Virus genome (UHGV): UHGV-0344763 | Source: a virus | Length of the DNA: 24,343 bases | Direction: 5' to 3' (one strand) | Shown: piece after piece, positions 9,486 to 18,948 of the stretch | Layout of the letters: each line of letters begins with the position of its first letter | Numbering within the stretch: position 1 is the stretch's first letter | Notes under the pieces: generated by a model | Told to the model about the DNA's origin: nothing | Seen by the model: only the letters and a program-made list of their open reading frames with translations | The model's database searches: none | Translations under genes and position numbers: made by a program

Positions 9486-9896
9486 GTGTGCGTTTCTCCT
9501 GCTCTATCCTGTTTGCCTGACTGACCAGCAAGGGAATTTCACTGATCGGCATATTCAGCAATTCGAAGGGATTAATGCGCCAGTAGCTGGCGCAGTCAAA
9601 GAAGCGATCAGTGAGGTATTCAGCCGTCAGGCCTGGAGGAAAAAACCAGCCACAAGCCACGCCGCTGCATTCAGGTCTGCCGGAGACATCTGGTCGACAG
9701 AGCTTTGCGGCACTTTCGCCAGCCGCACAATGTATTTCGACACCACATGCGCCAGAAGTCTGACGGACTCATCCTGATTCATCTGGTAGGGATACCCCAG
9801 CTCGCGGACATCCTTCCCGGTGGGTTCATCAAACTCCAGTACGGAGAGTGTCTCACCATGAGCGATAATCGGTTTCTTTAACTCAAGCTCTTTCAT
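9478..9896 (-). CDS. Tail assembly chaperone, long product by programmed -1 frameshift (G/GT-like)
   Basis: ORF 9478..9660 is in the -1 frame relative to 9627..9896; heptamer T_TTT_TTC at ~9639-9645 (minus-strand sense ggT TTT TTC ctc) permits the slip; -1 frame continues FFPPGLTAEYL... Confidence 0.55.
9627..9896 (-). CDS. Tail assembly chaperone, short (zero-frame) product
   Basis: 89 aa between tail tube and tape measure; contains the slippery site near its 3-prime end. Confidence 0.7.
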   Translation of the reverse strand: MKELELKKPIIAHGETLSVLEFDEPTGKDVRELGYPYQMNQDESVRLLAHVVSKYIVRLAKVPQSSVDQMSPADLNAAAWLVAGFFLQA

Positions 9897-10252
9897 TACT
9901 GGTAATCCCCTTCTTCACCGTGGAACTCAAGATCAACCGTGCCTTCTTCGGCATTATGGTTCGCTTCTCCGTGCAGCCAGGCGGACGACAATACATAGAC
10001 CTGACCGTTCGCCAGCTCGGCAGTGATAGTCATCTCATCAGACGAGGTGATTTTGCTCACCGGAAAATTCTTCGGCACCTTGAAGGTCCCTTTGACATAA
10101 GGCGCACGGTGAGTTTCCTTGCGGTCCACTGAACCGTCCAGGCCGATGATGTCATCATTGACCGTCCTGTTCATGGGCACCTCAATGCCGCCGGTCAGCG
10201 ATAGCTGCTGACCGTCAATTTTGAAATAACAGGTTCCCCCGATACGGGCCAT
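9896..10252 (-). CDS. Tail tube protein (Mu gpM-like)
   Basis: 118 aa immediately after the sheath gene, ATGA-type overlap. Confidence 0.8.
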   Translation of the reverse strand: MARIGGTCYFKIDGQQLSLTGGIEVPMNRTVNDDIIGLDGSVDRKETHRAPYVKGTFKVPKNFPVSKITSSDEMTITAELANGQVYVLSSAWLHGEANHNAEEGTVDLEFHGEEGDYQ

Positions 10253-11748
10253 TATGCAGACTCCTCTGAATACTGAAGACGGAACTGGTTAACCACGGCA
10301 AAGACACGCAACTGGTTAACATAGTCAGGCGGGAACAGCGTGTTCAGGCGGTTCGGATCGCTGGCATCACGCTCCACAACCAGGTACTGCTTAAACAGTT
10401 CGTAGTTTTCCACGATCCCCGCACGCTCAAGCTGACGGTAGGTTGCCAGCAGTTCCCCTTTGATCACCGCCGGGGTGACAATCGCCTGACCGGGACCAAA
10501 GCGGGTACCGTCACTGGCAAGCTTGTGACGCCCGTACTTACTGGTAATGACGGATTTCAGTTTGCGCAGTACATACGCGCTGGTATGCAGAGTCTCACTG
10601 TCTAGGTAGCTGTTATCCGCAACCCCGTAAGCGTTTTTCCTGTACGTGGTGACATCACGCTGAATGCGCAGTACCCCGCTTTCGACATACGCCGTTGCCA
10701 CGCCATGAGACAGCAGGGTCTGTTGTTCGGTCATCGTGAACCGTTTCCCCTTCGGCGCAGGCAGCATACCCACCAGCTCACCGGTCTGCGTGGGACGTGC
10801 CGGATCGTTGCGAATAAACACCGCTGCGCGGGCGGTACGGCTTGCCGCCAGCTCGTCGGCAGGCGTCTGGGTCTCTTTTTCGTATCCCGCCAGGGTAATG
10901 TGCTGCTGGTTAAACTGGTCACCTGCGGTCACCAGTTCTGACAGCGTGCCGATCTTTGCCGTATACACATGACCATACAGCTGACGCGCATAGCTCCAGC
11001 GACCGCTGGTATCGTTCATCTCGGTCACCAGCGTGTTAACGGAGGCCGTGTCGTTGAACGGCAGGCCGATATAATCAAACGGCTCATCCGCCATTGCAGC
11101 CACCGCGCCGGTGAGAACAGGAGCGCCCGTTCCGGCGGTACCCGTCGCCACGGCAATCTGTACGCCCGCTGGCAGCACTTCGCCCCCACCAAAGCCGTAG
11201 TAATTGAGGCTGACAGGAATTTCATTCCCGCAAAGCCCCTTATGACGCGCGGTCAGTGTGACCACGCCTGCCGAAGATGAGGCAGTAAACGGCAGGGTCG
11301 GAACGGCATTGATGGCATCCTGGATACTGCTGGCAATCGTCGCAACGTTATCGCCGTTGGTCACCGGTGCCTGCACGCGGGTACGTCCCACATAAACATT
11401 CACCGTGCCGGTTTCGGTTGCCGCGCCGGTCACCGTCAGCGTAACCGTTGCCGCCGCGCCCGTGGATTCAGGAACGGCAATCACATACAGCTCGCCAAAC
11501 GGGTCGGTCTGGCGATAAGCCTCGACCATACGCGCCAGCTGACTTCCCGCACCACAAATCTGGCGTGCATAGTCTGCCGACGGCATCAGTACCAGACTGT
11601 TGGCAACAATCTCTGCACCGTTATTGGCATGACCAATCAGCAGCGATGCTCCGCTGTCCTGTGCAGTATTCGCCGCCTGATTATCCATTTCCGCATAAAA
11701 CAGCGGAACCAGCGTATTCGACGGAATGGTGTTAAAGCTTATCGTCAT
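10252..11748 (-). CDS. Contractile tail sheath protein (Mu gpL-like)
   Basis: 498 aa; size and operon position. Confidence 0.85.
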   Translation of the reverse strand: MTISFNTIPSNTLVPLFYAEMDNQAANTAQDSGASLLIGHANNGAEIVANSLVLMPSADYARQICGAGSQLARMVEAYRQTDPFGELYVIAVPESTGAAATVTLTVTGAATETGTVNVYVGRTRVQAPVTNGDNVATIASSIQDAINAVPTLPFTASSSAGVVTLTARHKGLCGNEIPVSLNYYGFGGGEVLPAGVQIAVATGTAGTGAPVLTGAVAAMADEPFDYIGLPFNDTASVNTLVTEMNDTSGRWSYARQLYGHVYTAKIGTLSELVTAGDQFNQQHITLAGYEKETQTPADELAASRTARAAVFIRNDPARPTQTGELVGMLPAPKGKRFTMTEQQTLLSHGVATAYVESGVLRIQRDVTTYRKNAYGVADNSYLDSETLHTSAYVLRKLKSVITSKYGRHKLASDGTRFGPGQAIVTPAVIKGELLATYRQLERAGIVENYELFKQYLVVERDASDPNRLNTLFPPDYVNQLRVFAVVNQFRLQYSEESA

Positions 11749-11902
11749 CGGTGTTCACCTTTTTATTCACGCGCCGGATATCACCCGCTACTTCACGGCG
11801 CAGCCAGTAGTTGTTCTCGTCAACATTTCGCCCTTCGGCGGGCAAAAGGTCGCCGCGGGCAGGGTCAGGAACTGACCGCCCTTTAACAGGTTTGACAAAC
11901 AT
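11732..11902 (-). CDS. Small hypothetical protein (56 aa) preceding the sheath gene; not in the ORF track
   Basis: Hand translation MFVKPVKGRSVPDPARGDLLPAEGRNVDENNYWLRREVAGDIRRVNKKVNTDDDKL; ATG preceded by GAGGA; fills the otherwise empty 160-bp gap. Confidence 0.4.
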   Translation of the reverse strand: MFVKPVKGRSVPDPARGDLLPAEGRNVDENNYWLRREVAGDIRRVNKKVNTDDDKL

Positions 11903-11910
11903 GAGGATCC

Positions 11911-12471
11911 TCAGGAAGGAAGGGTTATTTCGGTGTGATGTTCGATATCGCCGTCAGGCCCGTTACCGGGCTCGAGATAATCAACATCAATCGCCAGCGT
12001 TTGCAGTTCATCCAGACTGTTCAGATCATCCTGCTGGCGGGTATCGTCTTCAGTCAGCTCGCTGATGACCGAAAAATCGAACTGATAAATCAGCTCATGA
12101 CGATTCAGATCCAGCAGCGTGCCGCCGTCATAGGTAATCGGGTTACCGCACGCTTCCGGGTTCCAGCCCAGCAGGGCCTTAAAGAGCATCTGCCGGACAT
12201 CGTCCACCACATCATACGAGGCAAACTGACCGCGCTCATCACGCCCGTTACTCAGTATGACAACCACGGAGAAGCCCTCTTTCAGCTCCTGCCAGTAGTC
12301 GGTCTGGCTTTTGTTTTCTCCCGGAGAGTCATCACCCGGTACCACATACGCCGCCGGGAGTCTCAGCTTTCCGACCTCCGGCAGATTTTTGAACTGTGCC
12401 GCGCCTGCCACCCGGTTTTCAAAATACGGGCAGCGGGCACGCAGCGCAGCAATAACAGGCGTCAGTTTCAT
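11911..12471 (-). CDS. Putative tail completion / neck protein
   Basis: 186 aa, between head-tail joining genes and sheath; function by position only. Confidence 0.55.
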   Translation of the reverse strand: MKLTPVIAALRARCPYFENRVAGAAQFKNLPEVGKLRLPAAYVVPGDDSPGENKSQTDYWQELKEGFSVVVILSNGRDERGQFASYDVVDDVRQMLFKALLGWNPEACGNPITYDGGTLLDLNRHELIYQFDFSVISELTEDDTRQQDDLNSLDELQTLAIDVDYLEPGNGPDGDIEHHTEITLPS

Positions 12472-12974
12472 CTGTGTCGTCGCTCCGGCTTCAGTGATTT
12501 ACGCAATTCCCGCGCCAGAAAATAGCGTGTCCAGCTGCGGTTCTTTTCAAGCGTTTCCACCATGAAGTTATTACGTGGAGCCAGTCGCCAGCCGCTGCCA
12601 CCGGATGCACCACGATGATGACTACGACGACGTTTTGCTCCTCCCCGGACACCAAAAAACAGAAACGCCGGATAGAAGTCACCAGAGATCATCCGGTTCC
12701 CCTTCCCGTTGCGCTGGTTAGGGGCAATGCGTGTCATAAAACCGGCTCGCTTTTTACTGGCTCTCGGCACCATATAACCAATCGAACGAGCCAGGCGTCC
12801 GGTCTGATAACCGGGGTTTTCACCCGGTGCCGACCGCGCACGGCGCATCACCAGCCGACGGGCATCACGCATATGACGCTGCCCAATCGTGACAAACGCC
12901 CGCCGGACACGGGCGCGGTTAAAGCGCATCTCGGCGGGCTGCTGAACATCAACGTGAAAAAAGGGAGTCGCCAT
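12468..12974 (-). CDS. Phage virion protein, strongly basic (Arg-rich); possibly HK97 gp10-like or virion morphogenesis family
   Basis: 168 aa, tightly packed (4-nt and 26-nt overlaps with neighbours); unusually high Arg/Lys content. Confidence 0.5.
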   Translation of the reverse strand: MATPFFHVDVQQPAEMRFNRARVRRAFVTIGQRHMRDARRLVMRRARSAPGENPGYQTGRLARSIGYMVPRASKKRAGFMTRIAPNQRNGKGNRMISGDFYPAFLFFGVRGGAKRRRSHHRGASGGSGWRLAPRNNFMVETLEKNRSWTRYFLARELRKSLKPERRHR

Positions 12975-13359
12975 TGCTGCCTCCGTGACTCTGCCTACAT
13001 TCGCCCAGCTCCGTACACTCCAGCAGCAGAAAGCGCCGCGCCCCGTTCAGATCACGCTGACGTTTCACCCGGTACACACTGTCATCACAGACCACCTCAT
13101 AATCAGCAGTGATCCCCCGGCGGTAACGAATGGTGATGTAATGGGTGATGGCGTCCCCGGTCTGCGCGGTTTCCTGCCAGGTGGTGGCACTGGTCTGGAT
13201 AACCTTCGCCCATGTCCGGAACGTAACCGGGTATTGAGGCTCCACGCCAAAGTTATCCGCGGGCATATCCACCCGCAGGCGGATCAGGACGCGTTTATTC
13301 AGTTCACCGGGGTCCGGCAGAATGTAGGTTGCGCTGGTCTGCGCCTGACGAATTTTCAT
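12949..13359 (-). CDS. Head-tail adaptor / head closure protein (putative)
   Basis: 136 aa directly downstream of the gp6-like connector. Confidence 0.6.
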   Translation of the reverse strand: MKIRQAQTSATYILPDPGELNKRVLIRLRVDMPADNFGVEPQYPVTFRTWAKVIQTSATTWQETAQTGDAITHYITIRYRRGITADYEVVCDDSVYRVKRQRDLNGARRFLLLECTELGECRQSHGGSNGDSLFSR

Positions 13360-13679
13360 TGCGGAAAGTACCTGTACGGGCCGACAAGCCAGCCAAAACT
13401 CTGCGGCATGTCGAGTTTCTCCACTTCCGTAACCGACGAGCGGTTTTCGTAAAAATGGCTGATAAGCATCAGCATCCCCAGACGAATATCATCCGTCAGG
13501 TGCAGCCCGTCCGGATCGCTCTCCGGAATGGTTTCATCCGGTGCATAGAGCTTCCGGTTCAGATACGTTTCCGTCCGCTTTTGCGCCGCACAGGCCAGCA
13601 GTTGCAGATGGCGGTCATCAGCATCGAAATCCTCATCCAGCCGGAGTTGGGCTTTAATCTCTTCCATTGTCAGAAGCAT
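13356..13679 (-). CDS. Head-tail connector protein (gp6-like)
   Basis: 107 aa; N-terminal MLLTMEEIKAQLRLDEDFDADD motif typical of gp6-like connector proteins. Confidence 0.7.
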   Translation of the reverse strand: MLLTMEEIKAQLRLDEDFDADDRHLQLLACAAQKRTETYLNRKLYAPDETIPESDPDGLHLTDDIRLGMLMLISHFYENRSSVTEVEKLDMPQSFGWLVGPYRYFPQ

Positions 13680-13681
13680 AC

Positions 13682-13882
13682 TCAGCCCTCTTTACTGGTC
13701 GTGGCTTTTTTCTCTTTTGCCGCTTTACTGCTTTTTGCACTGGTTCCGCGCTCTGCTAACCCGGCCTGAAGTGCAATCTCCTGCACCCGGGCAGGAAGCG
13801 CCCCGTCGTCATACTCACCGGCCCGAATGACCTCAACACGCATACCGTCCGGTGACCATTTCAGATCTTGTTTCAGGATCAT
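13682..13882 (-). CDS. Small hypothetical head-associated protein with Lys/Ser-rich C-terminal tail
   Basis: 66 aa between the capsid-gene hairpin and the connector gene; C-terminus AKSSKAAKEKKATTSKEG. Confidence 0.45.
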   Translation of the reverse strand: MILKQDLKWSPDGMRVEVIRAGEYDDGALPARVQEIALQAGLAERGTSAKSSKAAKEKKATTSKEG

Positions 13883-13904
13883 GATTCTTCACCCGTCAGA
13901 ACAG

Positions 13905-13924
13905 GGGGCGCGGTTCCGCGCCCC
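13905..13924 (-). promoter_or_regulatory. Perfect GC hairpin just downstream of the major capsid gene
   Basis: ggggcgcgg tt ccgcgcccc (9-bp GC stem) 8 nt after the capsid stop; no U-run, so not a canonical intrinsic terminator. Confidence 0.5.
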
Positions 13925-13931
13925 TGAGTGA

Positions 13932-15137
13932 TTACGCCGCTGCAATCTTCAGCAGTTTGATGGCCTGCGAATCTACCAGCATCCCGCCGGTGCGCTTGGT
14001 GGTATAAAAACCGACAAACGGTTTATTGGTGTACGGATCACGCAGAATGCGGGTGCCGATACGGTCAACGATGGTGTAACCCCGTTTGAAGTTACCAAAT
14101 GCAATGGCTTTCGCATCAGCGGCGATATCCGGCATCTGTTCGTTTTCAGCGATACCGTAACCCGCCAGAGAGGACGGCTGCCCCAGTTCCAGCCCCGGAC
14201 GCCACAGATAGTTACCCTCGGTGTCTTTCAGCAGACGGATGGCAAACAGGCTGTTGTTGTTCATCATGAACTTCGCGCCAGTGCGGTGTGCCTTACGCAG
14301 CGTGTAAATCAGTTTGATAATGGCGTCTGCGGTCACCGCCGTCGCGTCGCCGGATACAATATGCTGAAGTTTGCCGAACGCCCGGACCTTGTCGGTTTCA
14401 TCCGTGGATTCATACGCCAGGAACCCTTTCGGCTTCTTGGTACCATCGCCGGTGGTAAAGGCAATTTCTTCCTGTTCGGCAAATTCGGTTGCCAGCTCGC
14501 TGTTGATCCAGGCCTCCACGTTGAAAAAGGCATCATCCAGCATTTTCTGGGTGGCCTGCGGGTTACCGTAGATTTCCCCCATGAAAGGTTCAATCAGCCC
14601 CAGTTTTGAGGTGGCAGTCTGGGAGCGCGCGTCAGTCTCGCCAACCCATCCGGAAGCCGTGCCGCCCAGATTCACCAGTTTTTTGTAGTCGGAACCACCA
14701 ACGGTGATCACCGTGGCTTCCTGACGCATCACCACTTCATCTTTCAGCAGGTTAAGAATGTTGCGATCCAGTTCTTCCGGCACGGCGTAGCCACCGTCTT
14801 CATCGGTGCCCACCTGCAATGCCTTACGCTCCAGATCGCGCAGACCGTCTTCACGGCCTTTACGCAGGAAGCCCACAAACGCCTCTTTATGCTCGGTGGC
14901 CAGTTTATTTTGCGCACCACCTGCCGGACGTTTCAGCTCAAGCAGCTCTTTTTCAAGATCGCTTTTGAGGTTTTCCAGCTCGCTGAGTTTCCCGTTCAGG
15001 GTTTCCACCTGCCCGGCAAGTTTGCCTTTTTCCTGCTCAATCGCATCCACGCGCTTGTCGTTCTTTGCTTTGAAGTCGTCAAACTTCTGCTGCAGCTCCT
15101 GCGCGACCTGTTCGACATCTTTAATATCAACCGCCAT
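13932..15137 (-). CDS. Major capsid protein, HK97 family
   Basis: 401 aa; coiled-coil-like N-terminal delta region followed by capsid domain; follows the prohead protease. Confidence 0.9.
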   Translation of the reverse strand: MAVDIKDVEQVAQELQQKFDDFKAKNDKRVDAIEQEKGKLAGQVETLNGKLSELENLKSDLEKELLELKRPAGGAQNKLATEHKEAFVGFLRKGREDGLRDLERKALQVGTDEDGGYAVPEELDRNILNLLKDEVVMRQEATVITVGGSDYKKLVNLGGTASGWVGETDARSQTATSKLGLIEPFMGEIYGNPQATQKMLDDAFFNVEAWINSELATEFAEQEEIAFTTGDGTKKPKGFLAYESTDETDKVRAFGKLQHIVSGDATAVTADAIIKLIYTLRKAHRTGAKFMMNNNSLFAIRLLKDTEGNYLWRPGLELGQPSSLAGYGIAENEQMPDIAADAKAIAFGNFKRGYTIVDRIGTRILRDPYTNKPFVGFYTTKRTGGMLVDSQAIKLLKIAAA

Positions 15138-15151
15138 CGTATTTCTCCTGA

Positions 15152-15838
15152 TTAGAAGTTCAGATTTTTCAGTGCATTCAGTGCAGAGCCCACATCCTCA
15201 GCGTCGCGCAGGGACAGTGCGCCATAGCCCCCGGCCATGAATGCTTTGGCCTGGGTACGGGAGAGTCCGACATCACGCAGGACTCTTTCGATTTTTTTCT
15301 GTTCGGGGATTTCCCCGCGGGCCAGTGCGTTCTTGACGTCGCTGATCCGCGCCTCGTCGTTAGACGGGAATGTCACCAGACTGACTTCCCAGAGGTCGAT
15401 TTCTTTCAGCAGAAAGGCTTCTTTCGTCCGGTCGTATTCCCAGTCCTTCAGGACGTACCCAATAGAAAGGCCGGTTAACGAACCGGCCTTCATGTGTGCA
15501 TGTGCGCGTTTTGCCAGGGGATCATCATCAATGAGCAACCGCCCCCTGACGTAAAGCCCGACATCGTCTTCCTTCATTTCGGTGTAAACACCGATGGGCT
15601 CATCCATGCGGTGCTGCCAGAGCAGCGCAGGTAACGCTTTTCTGTCACTCCACGCCCGCAGGGAAGCAGCAAATGCCCCGGACATCACCACATCATCGTG
15701 GCTGTCCTTTACACCAAAGACGGAGCCATACCCTTCAAACTCACCGGAGTCACTGACAGATTTCAGACTCAGCGGTACATCAAGACGTTGTTTCGTCTGC
15801 ATTGGCGTTATCCTTCTGCTTACCGGCTTTACTGCCAT
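15152..15838 (-). CDS. Prohead protease, HK97 family
   Basis: 228 aa between portal and major capsid genes; true start may be the internal Met (MQTKQRL...). Confidence 0.85.
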   Translation of the reverse strand: MAVKPVSRRITPMQTKQRLDVPLSLKSVSDSGEFEGYGSVFGVKDSHDDVVMSGAFAASLRAWSDRKALPALLWQHRMDEPIGVYTEMKEDDVGLYVRGRLLIDDDPLAKRAHAHMKAGSLTGLSIGYVLKDWEYDRTKEAFLLKEIDLWEVSLVTFPSNDEARISDVKNALARGEIPEQKKIERVLRDVGLSRTQAKAFMAGGYGALSLRDAEDVGSALNALKNLNF

Positions 15839-17021
15839 CGGAGGGTTTCGTGGTCATGTTCATCGGTGTGAGATAGACATCCCCACCGGGACGCGGATTC
15901 ATATCTTCCAGGTCGCGGCAGTCATTGGGAGAGTAAATTCCCCAGTTAATCCCGGTGGCGTAGGCTTCAAAACGGGACTTCATATCCCCGCGCAGTAACG
16001 CCCCGGCGTTAAATTTGGCGTAATAAACGCCCTGCTTACTTTTTCGTACCAGTCCGGTGTTGATCCGCTGTTCGATGCGGGTCAGATACGGCACCAGTGA
16101 ATAGTTGATAAATCCCAGCCCCAGCTCTTCGATATTGTTGAAGGTGGCGCGATCGGTGTTCTGCACCATGTGCAACGGCACCCGGAACAGACGACAGATT
16201 TCTTCAAGCTGAAACTTGCGGGTTTCCAGGAACTGGCTGTCCTCGGCGTTCAGCGCCATCGACTTCCAGTCCAGCCCCATCTCAAGGATCATCGGGCGGT
16301 GAGCATTGCCAAGTCCGGTGTGACGCTCCTCAAAATCTTTCTTCAGGCGCTCATAAGCCTGATCTGACAGCGTCTGCTCTGTACGCAACACACCCGACGT
16401 CACCGCGCCATTGCTGAACAGTCTGGCCCCGTGCTCTTCGGTCGCTGCCGCCAGCGATATTGCCTCGCGGGCATAGGCGATGGGATTCAGCCCCACCAGT
16501 CCGTCCAGCGTCAGCGTGCGCACATGCCAGATATCCTCCTGGCTCAGTACATCCGTGGAGCCATCCGGGAATGTGACCTGATAGACCGGCTCCCAGCTAC
16601 TGTTAAGCTTCGGTACCACACAGCCGGGATCGACGGGCAGCAGTTCAGCCACTTCGCCAAATGCTTTCACTTTGTAGGCGTAAAAGTTTCCCCGCAGGCA
16701 CAGACAGGTGACCACCAGCTCCCAGAACTCCTGCGGCGTCATATAGCCATTGGGATGCGTGGAGATCAGCTTATGCAGACGTTCGCCAGTGGCTCTCTGC
16801 TTCAGGCTGCCGTTCAGGTGATACAGGTTGCAGGGCAACATCCCGACCGACTCCGCCAGCACCCTGACACAGGAAAAAACCGCCGTCAGTCGCATGGCCC
16901 GCTGGCTGCTGATCTGCTTTCCGGTATAGGTGTCGTAGGACAACCCGATAGCATCCGCCAGCTCTGCTGGCGTGGTCATCGGTGCGTCACTTTTTCGTTG
17001 AAATAATCCCGAAAAAAACAC
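15780..17021 (-). CDS. Portal protein, HK97 family
   Basis: 413 aa; GTG start at 17021 preceded by GGAGG (an ATG at ~16979 is an alternative start). Confidence 0.9.
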   Translation of the reverse strand: MFFSGLFQRKSDAPMTTPAELADAIGLSYDTYTGKQISSQRAMRLTAVFSCVRVLAESVGMLPCNLYHLNGSLKQRATGERLHKLISTHPNGYMTPQEFWELVVTCLCLRGNFYAYKVKAFGEVAELLPVDPGCVVPKLNSSWEPVYQVTFPDGSTDVLSQEDIWHVRTLTLDGLVGLNPIAYAREAISLAAATEEHGARLFSNGAVTSGVLRTEQTLSDQAYERLKKDFEERHTGLGNAHRPMILEMGLDWKSMALNAEDSQFLETRKFQLEEICRLFRVPLHMVQNTDRATFNNIEELGLGFINYSLVPYLTRIEQRINTGLVRKSKQGVYYAKFNAGALLRGDMKSRFEAYATGINWGIYSPNDCRDLEDMNPRPGGDVYLTPMNMTTKPSDGSKAGKQKDNANADETTS

Positions 17022-17203
17022 TATTTACCTCCGCCGACAGACGACTGTGTACGCTCAAGATATCGCGCCACCAGCCACGACCAGAACAGGCACAACGCCC
17101 CGGCAACAACAAACCCCGCCGGGGGATAAATCAGCCAGGCACCATACGCCAGCAAAAGCGCCCCCAGCACGCCCACCAGAGGCGCGAGAATCAGCATGAT
17201 CAT
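17021..17203 (-). CDS. Small hydrophobic membrane protein (two predicted TM helices)
   Basis: 60 aa [55 protein letters not shown]...; ATG preceded by GAGGT; stop overlaps the portal GTG start; wedged between terminase and portal. Confidence 0.55.
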   Translation of the reverse strand: MIMLILAPLVGVLGALLLAYGAWLIYPPAGFVVAGALCLFWSWLVARYLERTQSSVGGGK

Positions 17204-17214
17204 AATTACCTCAG

Positions 17215-18948
17215 TTAAAGCGAGCGGATCCCATAGGACTCAATGTGGTCAGACAACGTGTCTTCTTTCTCGTACAGCATGGCTCTGCCAACCGCCATAA
17301 TCAGCGCAACTGCACCATCGATTTTGTTTTCCGCCTGCTCTTTGACGGGCTTCACCACATCATCGTTACCCGGAATGGTTTTGCCGACCACGTTGCCGAT
17401 ACACCAGGTCATGATGGGATTGCCATCATGATGAAAGCGCCCCGATTCAATTGCCGCTTCCAGCTCTTTCATCGGGTCGGACATGTTGGTGTAGTTCTGA
17501 ATGATAGTGATGGGGTTCAGGTCTTCATCAGCAAGGTCATGTGACAACCCGGTCGCCCCGAAGGGGTCGATGGGTGACTCACTGACCGGGCTGATTTTGT
17601 TCGCCGCTTTGGCCTCCTCGAGGATGTAGCGATAATCCACCTCCGCACCATCGGTAACGGTCAGAACGCCCATTTCCACCCATTTCTGAAAGCGTTCGGC
17701 TGTCCGGCGATCTTCATTTTTCTCGACGCTGTACACCGTGTCATACGGTACCCAGAAACGCGGGGCCACACTGTAGTAATGCGTTTTACCGTCAATCTCG
17801 CGGGTATAAAGTCGCGCCATGCTGTTCATATCCAGCTTACGCGCCAGGTCAAAGGCCAGAATGCACGGCTGCCCCTCGAACTGCTCAAGGGTCAGTGATT
17901 TATCCTCGCAGCTCTGCCAGCTCACCAGGTTGAAATACGCCGAACGCGCCGACACCCAGATATTGAGGTGCTTTGTTTTAAAGACGTTTGCCAGACGGGC
18001 GTTATTTTTCGCACGCTGCTGCTGACTTAACAAAAATTCGCGATAAACCGACACGCCAATATTCGGGTTAGCTTTTTCCAGCACCTGCGGGTCGGTCCAG
18101 TCATCGCCTTCGTCAACGGTATAGATGATCCCGAACAGTTCATCATTGGGTACCGACCCGTTGAGCATCTCGATAACTTCCCGCCGCTTGTCGTAGCACG
18201 GCCCCTCAATGTTGTACCCGGCAGTAGTAATGGCCCACATCAGTGGCTGACGTCGCGCCCCCATCCCGGTAAGCATCGTGGTGTAAAGCGCATCGGTGGC
18301 GTGCTCGTGATATTCATCCACCACCGCACAGTGGGGTGATGATCCATCACCGGGGTTACCGATCAGCGGTTCAAACCGCGCGCCATCCTCCGGACGGTTC
18401 ATGTTTGAGGCGTTAACCTCAATCCCGAACGCTTCCGTCAGCATGGGCGTGCGTTTACACATCAGTCGCGCCGGGCGAAAGACTTCCCACGCCTGTTTCT
18501 CTGTCGTGGCACCGGAATACACTTCCGCGCCAAACTCGTTATCACAGGCAAAACAATACAGGGCGACACCGGCAGAGATTGCCGATTTGCCGTTCTTACG
18601 GGGGATTTCGGTATACACCTCCCGGAAGCGGCGCAGCCGGGAGCCTTTATTGACCCAGCCAAACGCACAGCAGATCACAAAGAGCTGCCACGGCTCCAGC
18701 GTGATGGGCATCCTCTTGAATGCCCACTCACCCTTGGTGTGCGGCAACAGCTGAATAAATTTGGCGGCCCGTTCAGCCAGGTCCTTGTCGAAGCGGTAAC
18801 GAAACGACTTACTTTTTTCCGCCATCAGGTCATCAAGATGGCGCTGGCAGGCCTGAATCACAAACTGGCAGGCCACAATCTTTCCGCGAACGACATCCCG
18901 GGCATACTGATTGGCAGCATTTACGTTGGGGTAAGATTTCCGGCTCAT
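17215..18948 (-). CDS. Terminase large subunit
   Basis: 577 aa; Walker A-like IPRKNGKS; ATGA overlap with the small subunit gene. Confidence 0.9.
   Translation of the reverse strand: MSRKSYPNVNAANQYARDVVRGKIVACQFVIQACQRHLDDLMAEKSKSFRYRFDKDLAERAAKFIQLLPHTKGEWAFKRMPITLEPWQLFVICCAFGWVNKGSRLRRFREVYTEIPRKNGKSAISAGVALYCFACDNEFGAEVYSGATTEKQAWEVFRPARLMCKRTPMLTEAFGIEVNASNMNRPEDGARFEPLIGNPGDGSSPHCAVVDEYHEHATDALYTTMLTGMGARRQPLMWAITTAGYNIEGPCYDKRREVIEMLNGSVPNDELFGIIYTVDEGDDWTDPQVLEKANPNIGVSVYREFLLSQQQRAKNNARLANVFKTKHLNIWVSARSAYFNLVSWQSCEDKSLTLEQFEGQPCILAFDLARKLDMNSMARLYTREIDGKTHYYSVAPRFWVPYDTVYSVEKNEDRRTAERFQKWVEMGVLTVTDGAEVDYRYILEEAKAANKISPVSESPIDPFGATGLSHDLADEDLNPITIIQNYTNMSDPMKELEAAIESGRFHHDGNPIMTWCIGNVVGKTIPGNDDVVKPVKEQAENKIDGAVALIMAVGRAMLYEKEDTLSDHIESYGIRSL

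Noticed and set aside
11935-13769. Plus-strand ORFs across the neck genes (11935..12525, 12615..13112, 12985..13452, 13329..13769)
   Set aside because: Antisense to a co-linear, translationally coupled minus-strand gene series; no independent support.
13905-13924. Calling the post-capsid hairpin a rho-independent terminator
   Set aside because: There is no U-tract after the stem on the transcribed strand, so it is reported only as a structural element.
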